A DNA stretch of 64,000 nucleotides, taken from assembly GCA_038207335.1 (NCBI GenBank), contig JBBQZX010000006.1, positions 139,984-203,983 of the forward strand, in the 5' to 3' direction. Made by a program: the position numbers and the translations under genes. This DNA is from Chthoniobacterales bacterium (GTDB taxonomy: Bacteria; Verrucomicrobiota; Verrucomicrobiia; Chthoniobacterales; Chthoniobacteraceae). This document shows, in pieces, positions 44,375 through 54,453 of the stretch; the stretch's first letter is position 1, and each line of letters opens with the position of its first letter. Under the pieces are notes generated by a model, which was not told the DNA's origin, made no database searches, and was given only the letters and a program-made list of their open reading frames with translations.

Positions 44375-46870
44375 CTATCGGCTGCGCGGCTCGACGCCGA
44401 GGAGATTGCGGACGAAGAAATCCATGCGGCGGCGGGCGGCGTAAGGGCTTTCTCCGGCGCCGTGTCCCGCGCCGGGGACGATGAGGAGGTCGAAGTCTTT
44501 GTCGGCTTTGATGAGGGCGTTGACGACCTGCATCGAGGAGGAGGGGTCCACGTTTTTGTCGAGTTCGGCGAAGGTCAGGAAGAGCTTGCCCGTGAGCTGG
44601 TTGGCGTGCGTGACGTTGGAGTTATCCGCGTATTCGGGGCCGACGGGCCAGCCCATCCACGCCTCGTTCCACCAGATTTTATCCATTCGATTGTCGTGGC
44701 ATCCGCAGTCGGCGGCGGCGGCTTTGTAAAATTCGCCGTGGAAAAGGAGCGCGCCGAGCGCGCTCTGCCCGCCGGCGCTGCCGCCGTAGATTCCGACGCG
44801 GGTGAGGTCCATTTCGGGGCGCGTTTTCGCGGCCGCCTGCATCCACGCGATGCGGTCGGGGAAGCCGGCGTCTTTCAAGTTTTTCCAGCAGACATCGTGG
44901 AAGGCGCGCGAACGCCAGTTCGTGCCCATGCCGTCGATTTGGACGACGATGAAACCGAGTTCGGCGATGCTCCGCTGCTGGATTTCCAAGCCCCATTCCT
45001 TCGGCACAAACGCATCGTGCGGCCCAGCGTAAATCTTTTCGATCACGGGATATTTTTTTGCCGGATCGAAGTTGGAGGGGCAAATGATGATGCCGAAAAT
45101 GTCGGTCGTGCCGTCGCGCCCTTTCGCGGTGAAACGCTCGGGCGCGCGCCAGCCGGTGGCGGTCAGTTTTTCGGCGTCGGCAGATTGGAGCGGGCAGACG
45201 AGTTGCCCGTCTTCGGCGCGGCGCAGCACGGTCGTCGGTGGCAAATCGACGCGCGACCAAGTGTCGAGCAGCCAGCGGCTGTCGGGTGAAAATTCCCAGC
45301 GATGGGTGCCGTCGCCTTCAGTGAGAATCGTGAGTCCGGTGCCGTCGAAATTCACCCGCCCGAGGTGCAGAAAGTACGGGTCTTCGCCGGGGCGAATGCC
45401 GGACGCGGTGAACCAAATCTGCCGTCGCTCGGGATCGACGCGCTCGACTTTCCGCACGACCCATGCGCCGCGCGTGATTTGATTTTTCACCTGCCCGGTC
45501 GCGCTGTCGTAGAGCCACAAATGATTCCAGCCGTCGCGCTCAGACATCCAGATGATCTCGTTGGAGGCGTCGAGAAAGCGCAGGAAAGTCTTCTGCGAAT
45601 AGTCGATGAAAGTGGGGCTCCGCTCCTCGACCAGCACGCTCGTTTCGCCGCTCGCGGCATCGACCGCGACGACGCGCAGGAGCTGATGTCCGCGCTGGTT
45701 GAAGAGGAAGGTGAAGCGGCTGGAGTCCGGCGCCCAGCGGAGCTCGGAGATGTTCCAGGGGTTCTGGAAAAGGGCGTCATCGACGGGGGTTTCGCGGCGC
45801 GTGGTGAGGTCGAAGAGGCGGGGTTTCTCGATGTCCACGCGGTCGCCGGCCTTCGGGTAGGAAAGCTCGTGGACCTTTGGCTGGAGCTGATCCGCGGGCG
45901 ATGACTCGATGAGGGTGAGCTTGCGGGAATCGCCTTTTTTGACCTGCCGCACGATGACCTTTGTGCCATCGGGGGAGATGAGGACGGGCTCTTCGAAGGC
46001 ATTCTCCGCGGTGCCGTCGGTGCTCAAGCGGACTTCTTCTTTCGTCTCGCGATTGGTGGCGAAGACATTCGCATCCCGCACGAAAACGCGCCACTGAGCG
46101 ACGGCTTTTCCCTCCGCCGATGTGGGTGAGACCGCAGCCCGCTCCGGTTCCACGCGCGGCTCGAGGATGGCCTCCGCCTCGCTGTCCGCGCCCTCGAAGA
46201 CTCCGAGCGTACGCCCGCTCTTCGCCACGAAGAGCCACACATGGCCGACGAATGTGTGCTGCCGCCGCGTCTCGCCTGGCTTCAAGGTGGCGTAGCGCAC
46301 GCGCGCACCGGAGGGATCGATCCAGAAGCAGTCGGCCTCCTCGGTCGTGTGATTGACGAAGGTGATCGCCGTCTCGTCCGCGGAATTGCGGCTCGGTCGC
46401 GCCTTAATGTCCGCCGGGAGCGTTGGCAGCGCGCCGCCTTCCGCAGGCCGGACTTCGTATTTTTGAAGATCGCATTCCCACCGCTTCCCCTCACTGCTGA
46501 AGCGCACCCAGCCCTCGCCAAATTCCAGCCGATCGATCCGCAGGCGCTCGGCGTCCGCCGGCTTTTTCGCGGCCACAGCGAGTGCCGTCGCGAGCCGTGC
46601 GTGATCGAAAGCCGGGCGCATTTCGCCTTTCGCCGCATCGACGAGCACGAACTCACTCCGCCCCTCGGGCTTTTCCTTCACAAACCAAAACGCCACGTTT
46701 CCCGCGAGCCACTGCGGCCGCACCTTTCCCCCGATGACCTTGCCAGCAAACAGCCTCCCGAGCGAAGCCGCCCGCTCGTAATCCGCCCGCGTGCCCTGCG
46801 CGTGAGCGTTGGTGAAAGGCGCGAGCGCGAGTACGCAGCAAAGAGAGAAGGGTCGGTAGAATCGGTGCAT
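44375..46870 (-). CDS. S9 family (DPP IV-like) serine peptidase with an inserted VHL-beta-like domain
   Basis: Signal from ATG 46870, SERDGWNHLWLY, YAGPH, GIYGGSAGG, ELDKNVDP and GAGHG. Confidence 0.92.
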   Translation of the reverse strand: MHRFYRPFSLCCVLALAPFTNAHAQGTRADYERAASLGRLFAGKVIGGKVRPQWLAGNVAFWFVKEKPEGRSEFVLVDAAKGEMRPAFDHARLATALAVAAKKPADAERLRIDRLEFGEGWVRFSSEGKRWECDLQKYEVRPAEGGALPTLPADIKARPSRNSADETAITFVNHTTEEADCFWIDPSGARVRYATLKPGETRRQHTFVGHVWLFVAKSGRTLGVFEGADSEAEAILEPRVEPERAAVSPTSAEGKAVAQWRVFVRDANVFATNRETKEEVRLSTDGTAENAFEEPVLISPDGTKVIVRQVKKGDSRKLTLIESSPADQLQPKVHELSYPKAGDRVDIEKPRLFDLTTRRETPVDDALFQNPWNISELRWAPDSSRFTFLFNQRGHQLLRVVAVDAASGETSVLVEERSPTFIDYSQKTFLRFLDASNEIIWMSERDGWNHLWLYDSATGQVKNQITRGAWVVRKVERVDPERRQIWFTASGIRPGEDPYFLHLGRVNFDGTGLTILTEGDGTHRWEFSPDSRWLLDTWSRVDLPPTTVLRRAEDGQLVCPLQSADAEKLTATGWRAPERFTAKGRDGTTDIFGIIICPSNFDPAKKYPVIEKIYAGPHDAFVPKEWGLEIQQRSIAELGFIVVQIDGMGTNWRSRAFHDVCWKNLKDAGFPDRIAWMQAAAKTRPEMDLTRVGIYGGSAGGQSALGALLFHGEFYKAAAADCGCHDNRMDKIWWNEAWMGWPVGPEYADNSNVTHANQLTGKLFLTFAELDKNVDPSSSMQVVNALIKADKDFDLLIVPGAGHGAGESPYAARRRMDFFVRNLLGVEPRSR

Positions 46871-46875
46871 GACAC

Positions 46876-48645
46876 CTACTCCCAGCGGGAGCTTTTGCTG
46901 CCGGCGAAGGCGACGAAGAGGCCGAGGATCACATGAAATGTGAGCACCCAAATGGCCAACTCCAGCGAGGCGAGGGGAGTCTTCGTGACGAGCTGAATGG
47001 CTTCGTAGTAACGCGTATCGCGAAACGTCTGGATGAAGCCTGACCAGCCCCAAAATGAGGCGATGAATGGGCGCGTAATCCAGCCCAGCGCGGCCGGCAG
47101 CGCGAGGACGGCACCGCTGAGCGGAAGTTGGAAGCCAACGAGGTAGACCGAAACGAGCGAGGCTTGCTCCGCGCTTTTCATCAGGCTGGAAAGGCCGAGG
47201 CAGATCGATGTGAGCGCGCCGTTCACGAGTGTCAGGAGCGCGATTTGAATGATCAGATTTCCCGGAAGGCGGACGATGAGATTGACGAAGACGGCCATCC
47301 AGACGGACTGCGCGATGACGAGAGTGCCGAGAAATGCGGCTTTCGATGCGATGTAGGATGCGGGGCGGAGGCCGGCGAATTTTTCCTTTTCAAAGATGAG
47401 GCGCTCCGAGGCGATCTCGCGCGCAGCGTTGTTCGAGCCGGTGAGAGCGAGGAGGATGACCTGGAACATGACGAGGCCGGAGACGAGGCCGCCGGCTTGG
47501 ATGAATTCCGTGCGGTGGGCGAGTTCGGCCTGGATCTGTGCGAGGACTCCGCCGGAATCGCCAGTGAGCATCTTCAACTGCGGCAACCCATCGAGCGCGA
47601 AGATGACGACGAGGCACGGAAATCCGACTAGGAGCGCGAGCTGCAAAAAGAGCTGTCCGCGATCACGCACGAAGAGGCGCCAGCGGCGGGTGAGAAGAAC
47701 GGCGAACTGCGCAAAGGCTGATGGGGGCTTGGTTTCCGGGGCATCCGCGGGCCGCAGCGCATCCGGCGCGGGCTCGGCAGCGCCGGGCTCGAGGACGGGC
47801 TGTTGCTGCCATTGGTTGCTGGCGGCGGCGAGCTCGACGAGTGGTTTCGGGGCCGTGCGGGAGGCGAGTTCGGCGTAGTAGGCGGCGCGGTTTTTCTGCC
47901 AGGAGCGGTGCCAGTCCTCGGGGCGGCGGACGGCGAGTTGAGGGTAGAGTTCATCGGGGTGCGCGACTCCGAAGTAGTGTAGCAGCGTATCAGGTGCGCC
48001 GTGATACGCGATGTGGCCGTGGTAAAGGACGAGAACGCTGTCGTAGAGCGCGAGGTGGCGCAGACTGTGCGTGACGGAAAGGATGATGCGATTTTCGCGC
48101 CGCGAGAGCGCGTGGAGCAGGTGAACGATCTCATCCTCGGCCTGTGGATCGAGGCCGCTGGTCACTTCGTCGCACAGCAAAAGGTGCGGCGTGCAGACCA
48201 TCTCGAGCGCGAGCGCAAGGCGGCGGCGCTGGCCGCCGGAGAGCAGGCTCACGCGGCGGTCGGTGAGATCTTCGATGCCCGTGTCCTGGAGGATTTGCTC
48301 GATGCGGGTTTCCTCGCCGTCGATGCGGCGGACGCGAAGACGGAGCGCGGTCTCGACGCTTTCCCACACGGTGAGGTGCTCGTAGGCGATGCCAAATTGC
48401 GGGACGTATCCGATCTCGTGCGGGTCGAAATCGCGCTCACTGGCGAGGTCGCGTCCATCCCACGAGACTTGGCCGATGGTTGGCTCACGGATGCCGGCGA
48501 TCACTTTCAAGAGCGTGCTTTTTCCGCAGCCGGAGGGGCCGATGATCGCTGTGAAATGTCTGCGGGGAAAGTCGGCGGCGATCTCTGCGAGCAGAAATTG
48601 ATCGTCTGGGCCGACCTGGAGGGAGAGGTCTTTGATCTCGAGCAC
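46876..48645 (-). CDS. Fused ABC transporter ATPase + ABC-2 type permease (ABCG-like topology)
   Basis: GPSGCGKST, LSGGQRRR, LCDEVTSGLD and VTH, followed by a TM domain with NAAREIASERLIFEKE. Confidence 0.9.
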   Translation of the reverse strand: MLEIKDLSLQVGPDDQFLLAEIAADFPRRHFTAIIGPSGCGKSTLLKVIAGIREPTIGQVSWDGRDLASERDFDPHEIGYVPQFGIAYEHLTVWESVETALRLRVRRIDGEETRIEQILQDTGIEDLTDRRVSLLSGGQRRRLALALEMVCTPHLLLCDEVTSGLDPQAEDEIVHLLHALSRRENRIILSVTHSLRHLALYDSVLVLYHGHIAYHGAPDTLLHYFGVAHPDELYPQLAVRRPEDWHRSWQKNRAAYYAELASRTAPKPLVELAAASNQWQQQPVLEPGAAEPAPDALRPADAPETKPPSAFAQFAVLLTRRWRLFVRDRGQLFLQLALLVGFPCLVVIFALDGLPQLKMLTGDSGGVLAQIQAELAHRTEFIQAGGLVSGLVMFQVILLALTGSNNAAREIASERLIFEKEKFAGLRPASYIASKAAFLGTLVIAQSVWMAVFVNLIVRLPGNLIIQIALLTLVNGALTSICLGLSSLMKSAEQASLVSVYLVGFQLPLSGAVLALPAALGWITRPFIASFWGWSGFIQTFRDTRYYEAIQLVTKTPLASLELAIWVLTFHVILGLFVAFAGSKSSRWE

Positions 48646-48700
48646 GGGGGGCGGAGCTTTGCGAGTTGACCGCGATTTGTCAGGTGCAAATGTGGCGCGA

Positions 48701-50086
48701 ATGAATCGCCCCAGCAGCCGCCGAGCAAAGCCCAGTGGGCGCTGGCGCGTGATTGCTCTGTGGTCGGCAGGAGCGTCGATGGTGATCGCGGTCGCGGCGA
48801 TCGTCGGGATGAAAATCGTGATCGAGCGGTATCTCCACAGCGATCGATTTCGCCAATTCGTGAGCCGGAAAACGGGTGAGACGCTGCACGCCGCGGGGGA
48901 ATTGGAGCCGCTGGATTTCTCTGGCTCGAGCTTTTACACGGCGGGCTTCCGCGCTACGGGATCGGAGGCATCGGCGTTTTCGAAACTGCGGCTTGAGCAG
49001 GTCCGTGCGGATGTGAGCGCGCGGCGCATCCGGGATCGCGTTTGGCAGGTGGATCAGGTGACGGTGCAGCGGATGGAGTTGCGGCTCGACGGGCCGCGTG
49101 TGCCGCTCGCAGCGACACCCGAGGAACCCGTGAGGCAGCCTCAGCAAAAGGATTCCGGCTGGTTGCCAAATCGCGTCGAAGTCGGTGCCGCGGCGATCCA
49201 TGACACAAATTTGGAATGGACGGATGGCGCGCTGCACGGTGCGCGACTGAAGATCATGCCGCGCGATGGGGGCTGGGATATGGAGGGCGAAGGCGGACGG
49301 ATCGAGCAGGCGGGGCTTCCGCCCGTGGAGATCGCTAACGCGCATCTGAGATACCGCGCGCCGACGCTTTTCATCCAATCGGCCGAACTCCTGCAAAGCG
49401 GCGGAGGAGTGGCGAAAGTGACCGGGGAAGTGCGCCCCGTCGATGCGCTGGAGTTGCACGCGACGCTCACTGGCATCTCGATTACGCCTCTACTCGCTCC
49501 GGATTGGCGGGTGCGGTTGCATGGAAACCTGGCAGGCGAAATCGATGTTCGCAGCGCCCTGCCAGCGGGTTCCGCTGGGGCGGTCGTATCGGGAAAAGTG
49601 ACGCTGCAAAACGGCCAACTCGAGGCGTTGCCGGTGCTCGATGAGATTGCGGCGTTCACGCGGCTGCAGCAGTTTCGACGGCTGCCGCTGAGCCGTGCGT
49701 CGGCGGATTTCCGCGAGGAAAAAGGCCGGCTTGCCGTGCGAAATCTCGTGGCGGAATCCGCGGGGCTGGTCCGCGTGGAAGGGGAGTTTGCGGTCGTGGA
49801 CGGTGCGATCGTCGGGACTTTCTCTGTGGGCGTCACGCCATCGAGTTTGCAATGGCTGCCGGGCTCGCAGGAGCGCGTCTTTACGACCGCGCGCGATGGA
49901 TACGTCTGGACGCCGATGCGCCTCACCGGCCCGCTGGCTGCCCCCGTCGAGGATCTCTCACCGCGCCTCACCGCCGCCGCGCGCGGAGCGGTGATCGAGC
50001 GCGTGCAAACGACCGTCGAGCAAGGAGTGAAGACCGGCAGGGAAGCGGTGAAGAGCGCGCTGGATTTTCTGCTGCCGCCTCGCTGA
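48701..50086 (+). CDS. AsmA-like beta-rich membrane-anchored protein
   Basis: One N-terminal TM helix, alternating beta-strand pattern and C-terminal WTPMRLTGPLAAPVEDL. The family call is inferred. Confidence 0.7.
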   Translation: MNRPSSRRAKPSGRWRVIALWSAGASMVIAVAAIVGMKIVIERYLHSDRFRQFVSRKTGETLHAAGELEPLDFSGSSFYTAGFRATGSEASAFSKLRLEQVRADVSARRIRDRVWQVDQVTVQRMELRLDGPRVPLAATPEEPVRQPQQKDSGWLPNRVEVGAAAIHDTNLEWTDGALHGARLKIMPRDGGWDMEGEGGRIEQAGLPPVEIANAHLRYRAPTLFIQSAELLQSGGGVAKVTGEVRPVDALELHATLTGISITPLLAPDWRVRLHGNLAGEIDVRSALPAGSAGAVVSGKVTLQNGQLEALPVLDEIAAFTRLQQFRRLPLSRASADFREEKGRLAVRNLVAESAGLVRVEGEFAVVDGAIVGTFSVGVTPSSLQWLPGSQERVFTTARDGYVWTPMRLTGPLAAPVEDLSPRLTAAARGAVIERVQTTVEQGVKTGREAVKSALDFLLPPR

Positions 50087-50092
50087 GCCCGG

Positions 50093-51256
50093 CTACTCGA
50101 GTTGGGTGTGAATCTCGATGACGTGCAGGATGTCGTGGCGCGTGACGATGCCGACGAGCCTGCCATTTTCCACGACCGCGAGACGCCCCTGCGCCGGCGC
50201 AAGCAGCGTGCGCATCGCGCGCGCTGCCGATTCATCGACTCCGATTTGCAGCTTCGCCGAGCCGCTCTCTGAGACGAGATCGCCGACGGAGGTGTAAGGC
50301 CATTTTTCGCGCGGCACGGTGCGGAGTAGCTCGAGCCGGAGGAGTCCGCGGAAGTCTCCTTCATCGCCGCAGACCGGGTAGGAGACGTGATGATGCGCGA
50401 GGAAAAAGTCGTCCACCGCGATGTTCAGCGGAAGCGACGCGGGGAGCGAAATCGGGTTCGGACTCATGATGTCGCGCACCTTCACGCCGGCGAGGACTTC
50501 GCGCTGGATGGCGTTGGCGTATCCGCTTTCCGCGGCATTTTTGAGGAAGATCGCGATGACGAAAAACACGAGCCCGTTCCAATTTCGCATTGCGAGCAGC
50601 AGCCACATGCCGAGTGCGATGAGCAGCCAGCTAAAGCCGATGCCGATGCGCGTGGTGATGAAGGTCGCCTGCCGCAGTTTGCCTGACCGTGCCCACAGAA
50701 TTGCGCGCAGGACTCGTCCGCCATCGAGCGGATATCCCGGGATCATATTGAAGACCACGAGCGTCAAATTCGTGGCCGCGAGCCACCAGCAGACGGTCTC
50801 GGTTGCCCCCCAATCGAGTCTGGCAGCAGCCCATGCGATGGCGGAGTAGATGCCGATAAGCAGGACGCTGACGAGCGGCCCACCAAGCGCGATTTTCAAC
50901 TCCGAGCGTGCGTCGTCCGGCTCACGTGCGATCTCGGCGATACCACCGATGAAGAGCAGCGTAATGCGAGGCACCGGGATGCCGCAGCGCTGGCTCACGA
51001 GGCTGTGGCCGAGTTCATGGAGGAGGATGCTGAGGAAGAAGAGCGCTGCGGCGGACAGCCCCATCGCAAAATAGATCGCGCTCGTTTGGCCGGGATTCGC
51101 GTGCGGGAAGGCGTCGGTCGAGAGCGTGAAGGTGACGATCGATGCGATGAGAAACCACGAGTAATCGAGGAAGAACTCGATGCCGAAATAGCGCCCGATG
51201 AAGACGCCCCGGCGCCTGCGGGCAATGGGCGGTTTCGGGATAAGAGAGTCGTTCAA
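50093..51256 (-). CDS. Site-2 protease (M50) with tandem CBS domains
   Basis: LLHELGHS, IALGGPLVS, FNMIPGYPLDGGR, VRDIMS and LVGIVTRHDIL. The proposed TTG start at 51256 overlaps the upstream TGA. Confidence 0.92.
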   Translation of the reverse strand: MNDSLIPKPPIARRRRGVFIGRYFGIEFFLDYSWFLIASIVTFTLSTDAFPHANPGQTSAIYFAMGLSAAALFFLSILLHELGHSLVSQRCGIPVPRITLLFIGGIAEIAREPDDARSELKIALGGPLVSVLLIGIYSAIAWAAARLDWGATETVCWWLAATNLTLVVFNMIPGYPLDGGRVLRAILWARSGKLRQATFITTRIGIGFSWLLIALGMWLLLAMRNWNGLVFFVIAIFLKNAAESGYANAIQREVLAGVKVRDIMSPNPISLPASLPLNIAVDDFFLAHHHVSYPVCGDEGDFRGLLRLELLRTVPREKWPYTSVGDLVSESGSAKLQIGVDESAARAMRTLLAPAQGRLAVVENGRLVGIVTRHDILHVIEIHTQLE

Positions 51257-54200
51257 TGGATTTTTGAAATCGGTGCAGCGCCCGCATCCACAGGCATCGC
51301 GGGTGCATCGGGGTTTGAAATCGGTGCCCAGTCGAACACGACGATTCCCTGGAGCAGGGGAGCTGGAGCGCGGAGGGCCACGCGCGCATTCGAACCTGGA
51401 AATCTCCCGGGCGGAACAGGCGCACCGCCTCGCAGAGCGGCCTCGATCAACGATTCCGTGAGCGGCGGCTGCAACAGGTACCAGCGCACCGGATGCGAGA
51501 GCGGCCCGGCGAGGCACGCGGTGAACGGCTCGCCGAAAGCGGTGCCGCTCACCCGCAGGTCGAGCGTCGGATCGTGCGGGCGGTTCTCGTGAAAGGTGAA
51601 CGTCGCGTCCGTTTTCGCATCGACTTCGGGTCCGCCAGATATCGGGAGCGCTGAGATTTGCGCGGAGCCGGTCAACAGCGGTGCGCCGCTTGTGCCACCG
51701 AGATGCGCGTCGATACTGGCAATGCCGCCAACGCCGACGATGGGAACGCCGTCCGACGATTTAACCGCGATGTCGAGCCGGCACGATTTCCATCCGGAGC
51801 TGAGCGCTGCTGGCGCGGGCATTTTCACCATCCCCGAGCTGCGCCAAAGCGCGCTCAAGTCCGGCATTCGGCGAATGTCGAGGTTCGTGATGTCTGCGTC
51901 TCCGTGAAGGGTTGCGTTGCTGCACGGACCGGTGAGTTCCAGCGCGAGCGTACTTGACAGAAACGCGGGCAGGATTTCATGAGCCGGCTCTGGCGCAACA
52001 TTCCCGGCGATCCCGGTCGCTGGGGTGAAGATCGGCAGCGACGCATTTTCGCTTTCGAGCCGCAGCTTCAGTCCGGGGTCGCGGACATTCTTGAGATCGA
52101 CCGTTCCCGCCACCCGCACTTCGCCGAGGCGATGAGCCGCAGTGAACTTTTCCACCGAGATTTCCGCGCCGTGGAACGTCACCGCGGACTCGACATTGCT
52201 GAGAAATCCATCATCCGCGCCGAGCGGTATTTGCCCGCCGGCGAGCGTGAATTTTCCATTCATGACGAGCGCTGAGATCGGCCCTGTCGCTGAGATTGCA
52301 CCGTTAACCGTCCCGGCGATTGGGAAATTCCAGCCGGTGAGCTGCGAGGCGCTATGCAGGTCGAGATTAGTCGCGATGAGCTTCACGGCGCTCGTTGTTT
52401 CGCTGTTGATGAGTGAGTCGAGTGACGTGTTCGGCCATTCGCGCCACACATCGAGCGGGAGGGTTGCGTCGCCTTCGAGCGTGAGCTGTGAGCCGGTCAC
52501 CAGCCGCATTCCGCGAAGCGCGAGCGCCTTGTTTCCGACATCGACTTTCGCCGAAAGCGACGACTGCTCATCGGCAAGCGTGACCTGGCTGAATTGCATT
52601 CCGTCACTCGCGTAAGTCGCCTCGAGGTCGGCGTTGATCGGATGAAGCTGCGCCGCCAGCGCGCCGAGCGAGCGCAGCATTTTCAGCTTCGCGCGAAACT
52701 TTCCGCTGTGCCGCTGGGTCGAGCCTTCCCCGGACCACTCGACGACCGCACCGCCCGCCATCGGCTCCGGCACTATCGGCTTTTGCAGGATGGAAGCGTA
52801 GGTGGCGAGCTCATCGACGGAACCGCGAAGCTCGCCCCAGTACTGCGTCGCGCCGACGATATTCACGACGCCGCGTCCGCGGATGTAGTCGCCTCGGTTG
52901 AAGAGTTCGACGTTGCTAAATTCGCACTCGTTGCCGTGCAGGCGCACCGCCGCATGGAGGTTCTCGATCGGCGCATCGCGCCATTTTAAATCCGAGCCGG
53001 AGACGATGAGCTGTCCGCTGAACTGCTGGTCACGCCGCCGGATCGAGCCGTCGATTTTCAAGCGGCCTGCCGCGAATTTGAACTCTGGCAAAAGCAGCTC
53101 CGAGAGGCCGGCCATCTCGTCGATCTTCGCCGTGACATCGCAACTGAACTCGCTCTGCCACCACTTCACGCCCGGTGTCGGCAGCGCCATTTCGCCGCTG
53201 AGATCGAGCTGGTTGTGTCCCTGATGCAGCGCAAATTTCGTGACCCGCACGCGGCGATCCATGAGCGAAAACCCCGCCTCCAGCGAGTCCCACTGCCGCG
53301 AATCCCACTGAAAATGATCTGCCGCGAGCCAGAGCGACGCCGCGGCCTTTTCCGACTGCCGCGGCGAACCGCGGAAAGTCAGCTTGCCTTCCTTGATCGT
53401 GCCGCTGGCAGAGTCCGGGGCGCCGAGAAAAGCGGCGAGTGGCGCGATGCCGATTTGGGCGAAAGTGACGCTCGCTTCGATGGTGAAAGGATGCTCATGC
53501 GCGATTGTTTGAGCCTCTCCGTGGATTTCGCCGCCAAATGCTGCGGCTTGAATTTCAAAATCGATCCGACCATTCGCCAGCTCCGCGAGGTCGGCGGAAA
53601 GCGAGCGAATCTCGACTGCTGGATCGAGCCGCAAATCGGCGATGAGGAGCTTCGTATCCTGCAGCTTGGTCGTTCCCCGGACATTGAGGAAAACGCGGTC
53701 GAGCCATGGCTGTTTCACCGTCAGGCGCGAAATGCGGAGGTATCCGGGTTCGAGCTCGCTCGCGACGAAGCTGCCTCCCTCCACTGTCACCGAATCGGCG
53801 CCGCGTTCGACGATGAAATCGACATCGCACACTTCCACGCAAGCCGGGCGCGGCAGCCACACGCCGGGCGGCGAGAGCCGCGCGAGCGGGTTTGCAAGCG
53901 GCTTGGGCGGTGGCTCCAGGCCATCGTCAGGCAATGTGACTTTCCCAGTGACACCGCTGAGCGTGAGCCGCTGCACCCACCTGTCCCCGTCACCGCGGAA
54001 GAGATGTTTCCAGCTCAGGCGAAGATCGGTGTGCGCGATTTCGAAGCGGGTCGTTGTCCCCGTTTTACCGCGCGCCGTGCATCGCGCATCACTGAAAACG
54101 AGCGGCTCCCATGCGCTGCCGGCGACGCTGTCGATCGTGAGCGAAGCCCCATTCCGCCAAGCCTCGAGCATGATCGCACGAGTGACGACGAAGCGGAACA

Positions 54201-54360
54201 CGTGCGGCTCGGCGAGTGTAACGAGCGCCAGGACGAGCAGCAAAAAAGCGAGCCGCCAAGGATGCACAAGCGACCTTTTGCGAACGGTCGCGGCCGGCTT
54301 TTCGGTCGATGAATCGGGCTTGGTCAAAACAGGTGCGAGAGGGTAGCCGACTCGTTGCAA
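51253..54360 (-). CDS. TamB/AsmA-like large beta-rich envelope protein
   Basis: N-terminal TM helix, about 1000 aa of amphipathic beta strands and HLGGTSGAPLLTGSAQI near the C-terminus. The start is uncertain. Confidence 0.7.
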   Translation of the reverse strand: MQRVGYPLAPVLTKPDSSTEKPAATVRKRSLVHPWRLAFLLLVLALVTLAEPHVFRFVVTRAIMLEAWRNGASLTIDSVAGSAWEPLVFSDARCTARGKTGTTTRFEIAHTDLRLSWKHLFRGDGDRWVQRLTLSGVTGKVTLPDDGLEPPPKPLANPLARLSPPGVWLPRPACVEVCDVDFIVERGADSVTVEGGSFVASELEPGYLRISRLTVKQPWLDRVFLNVRGTTKLQDTKLLIADLRLDPAVEIRSLSADLAELANGRIDFEIQAAAFGGEIHGEAQTIAHEHPFTIEASVTFAQIGIAPLAAFLGAPDSASGTIKEGKLTFRGSPRQSEKAAASLWLAADHFQWDSRQWDSLEAGFSLMDRRVRVTKFALHQGHNQLDLSGEMALPTPGVKWWQSEFSCDVTAKIDEMAGLSELLLPEFKFAAGRLKIDGSIRRRDQQFSGQLIVSGSDLKWRDAPIENLHAAVRLHGNECEFSNVELFNRGDYIRGRGVVNIVGATQYWGELRGSVDELATYASILQKPIVPEPMAGGAVVEWSGEGSTQRHSGKFRAKLKMLRSLGALAAQLHPINADLEATYASDGMQFSQVTLADEQSSLSAKVDVGNKALALRGMRLVTGSQLTLEGDATLPLDVWREWPNTSLDSLINSETTSAVKLIATNLDLHSASQLTGWNFPIAGTVNGAISATGPISALVMNGKFTLAGGQIPLGADDGFLSNVESAVTFHGAEISVEKFTAAHRLGEVRVAGTVDLKNVRDPGLKLRLESENASLPIFTPATGIAGNVAPEPAHEILPAFLSSTLALELTGPCSNATLHGDADITNLDIRRMPDLSALWRSSGMVKMPAPAALSSGWKSCRLDIAVKSSDGVPIVGVGGIASIDAHLGGTSGAPLLTGSAQISALPISGGPEVDAKTDATFTFHENRPHDPTLDLRVSGTAFGEPFTACLAGPLSHPVRWYLLQPPLTESLIEAALRGGAPVPPGRFPGSNARVALRAPAPLLQGIVVFDWAPISNPDAPAMPVDAGAAPISKIH

Positions 54361-54453
54361 AAGGGAAGCTGTCGCATGGGAACGCGGCTTCCATGCCGAC
54401 GGCTCGCGCTGTTCTGAAAATCCGCGGTCAAAAACGAGCGCAGTGAGTCTTCA

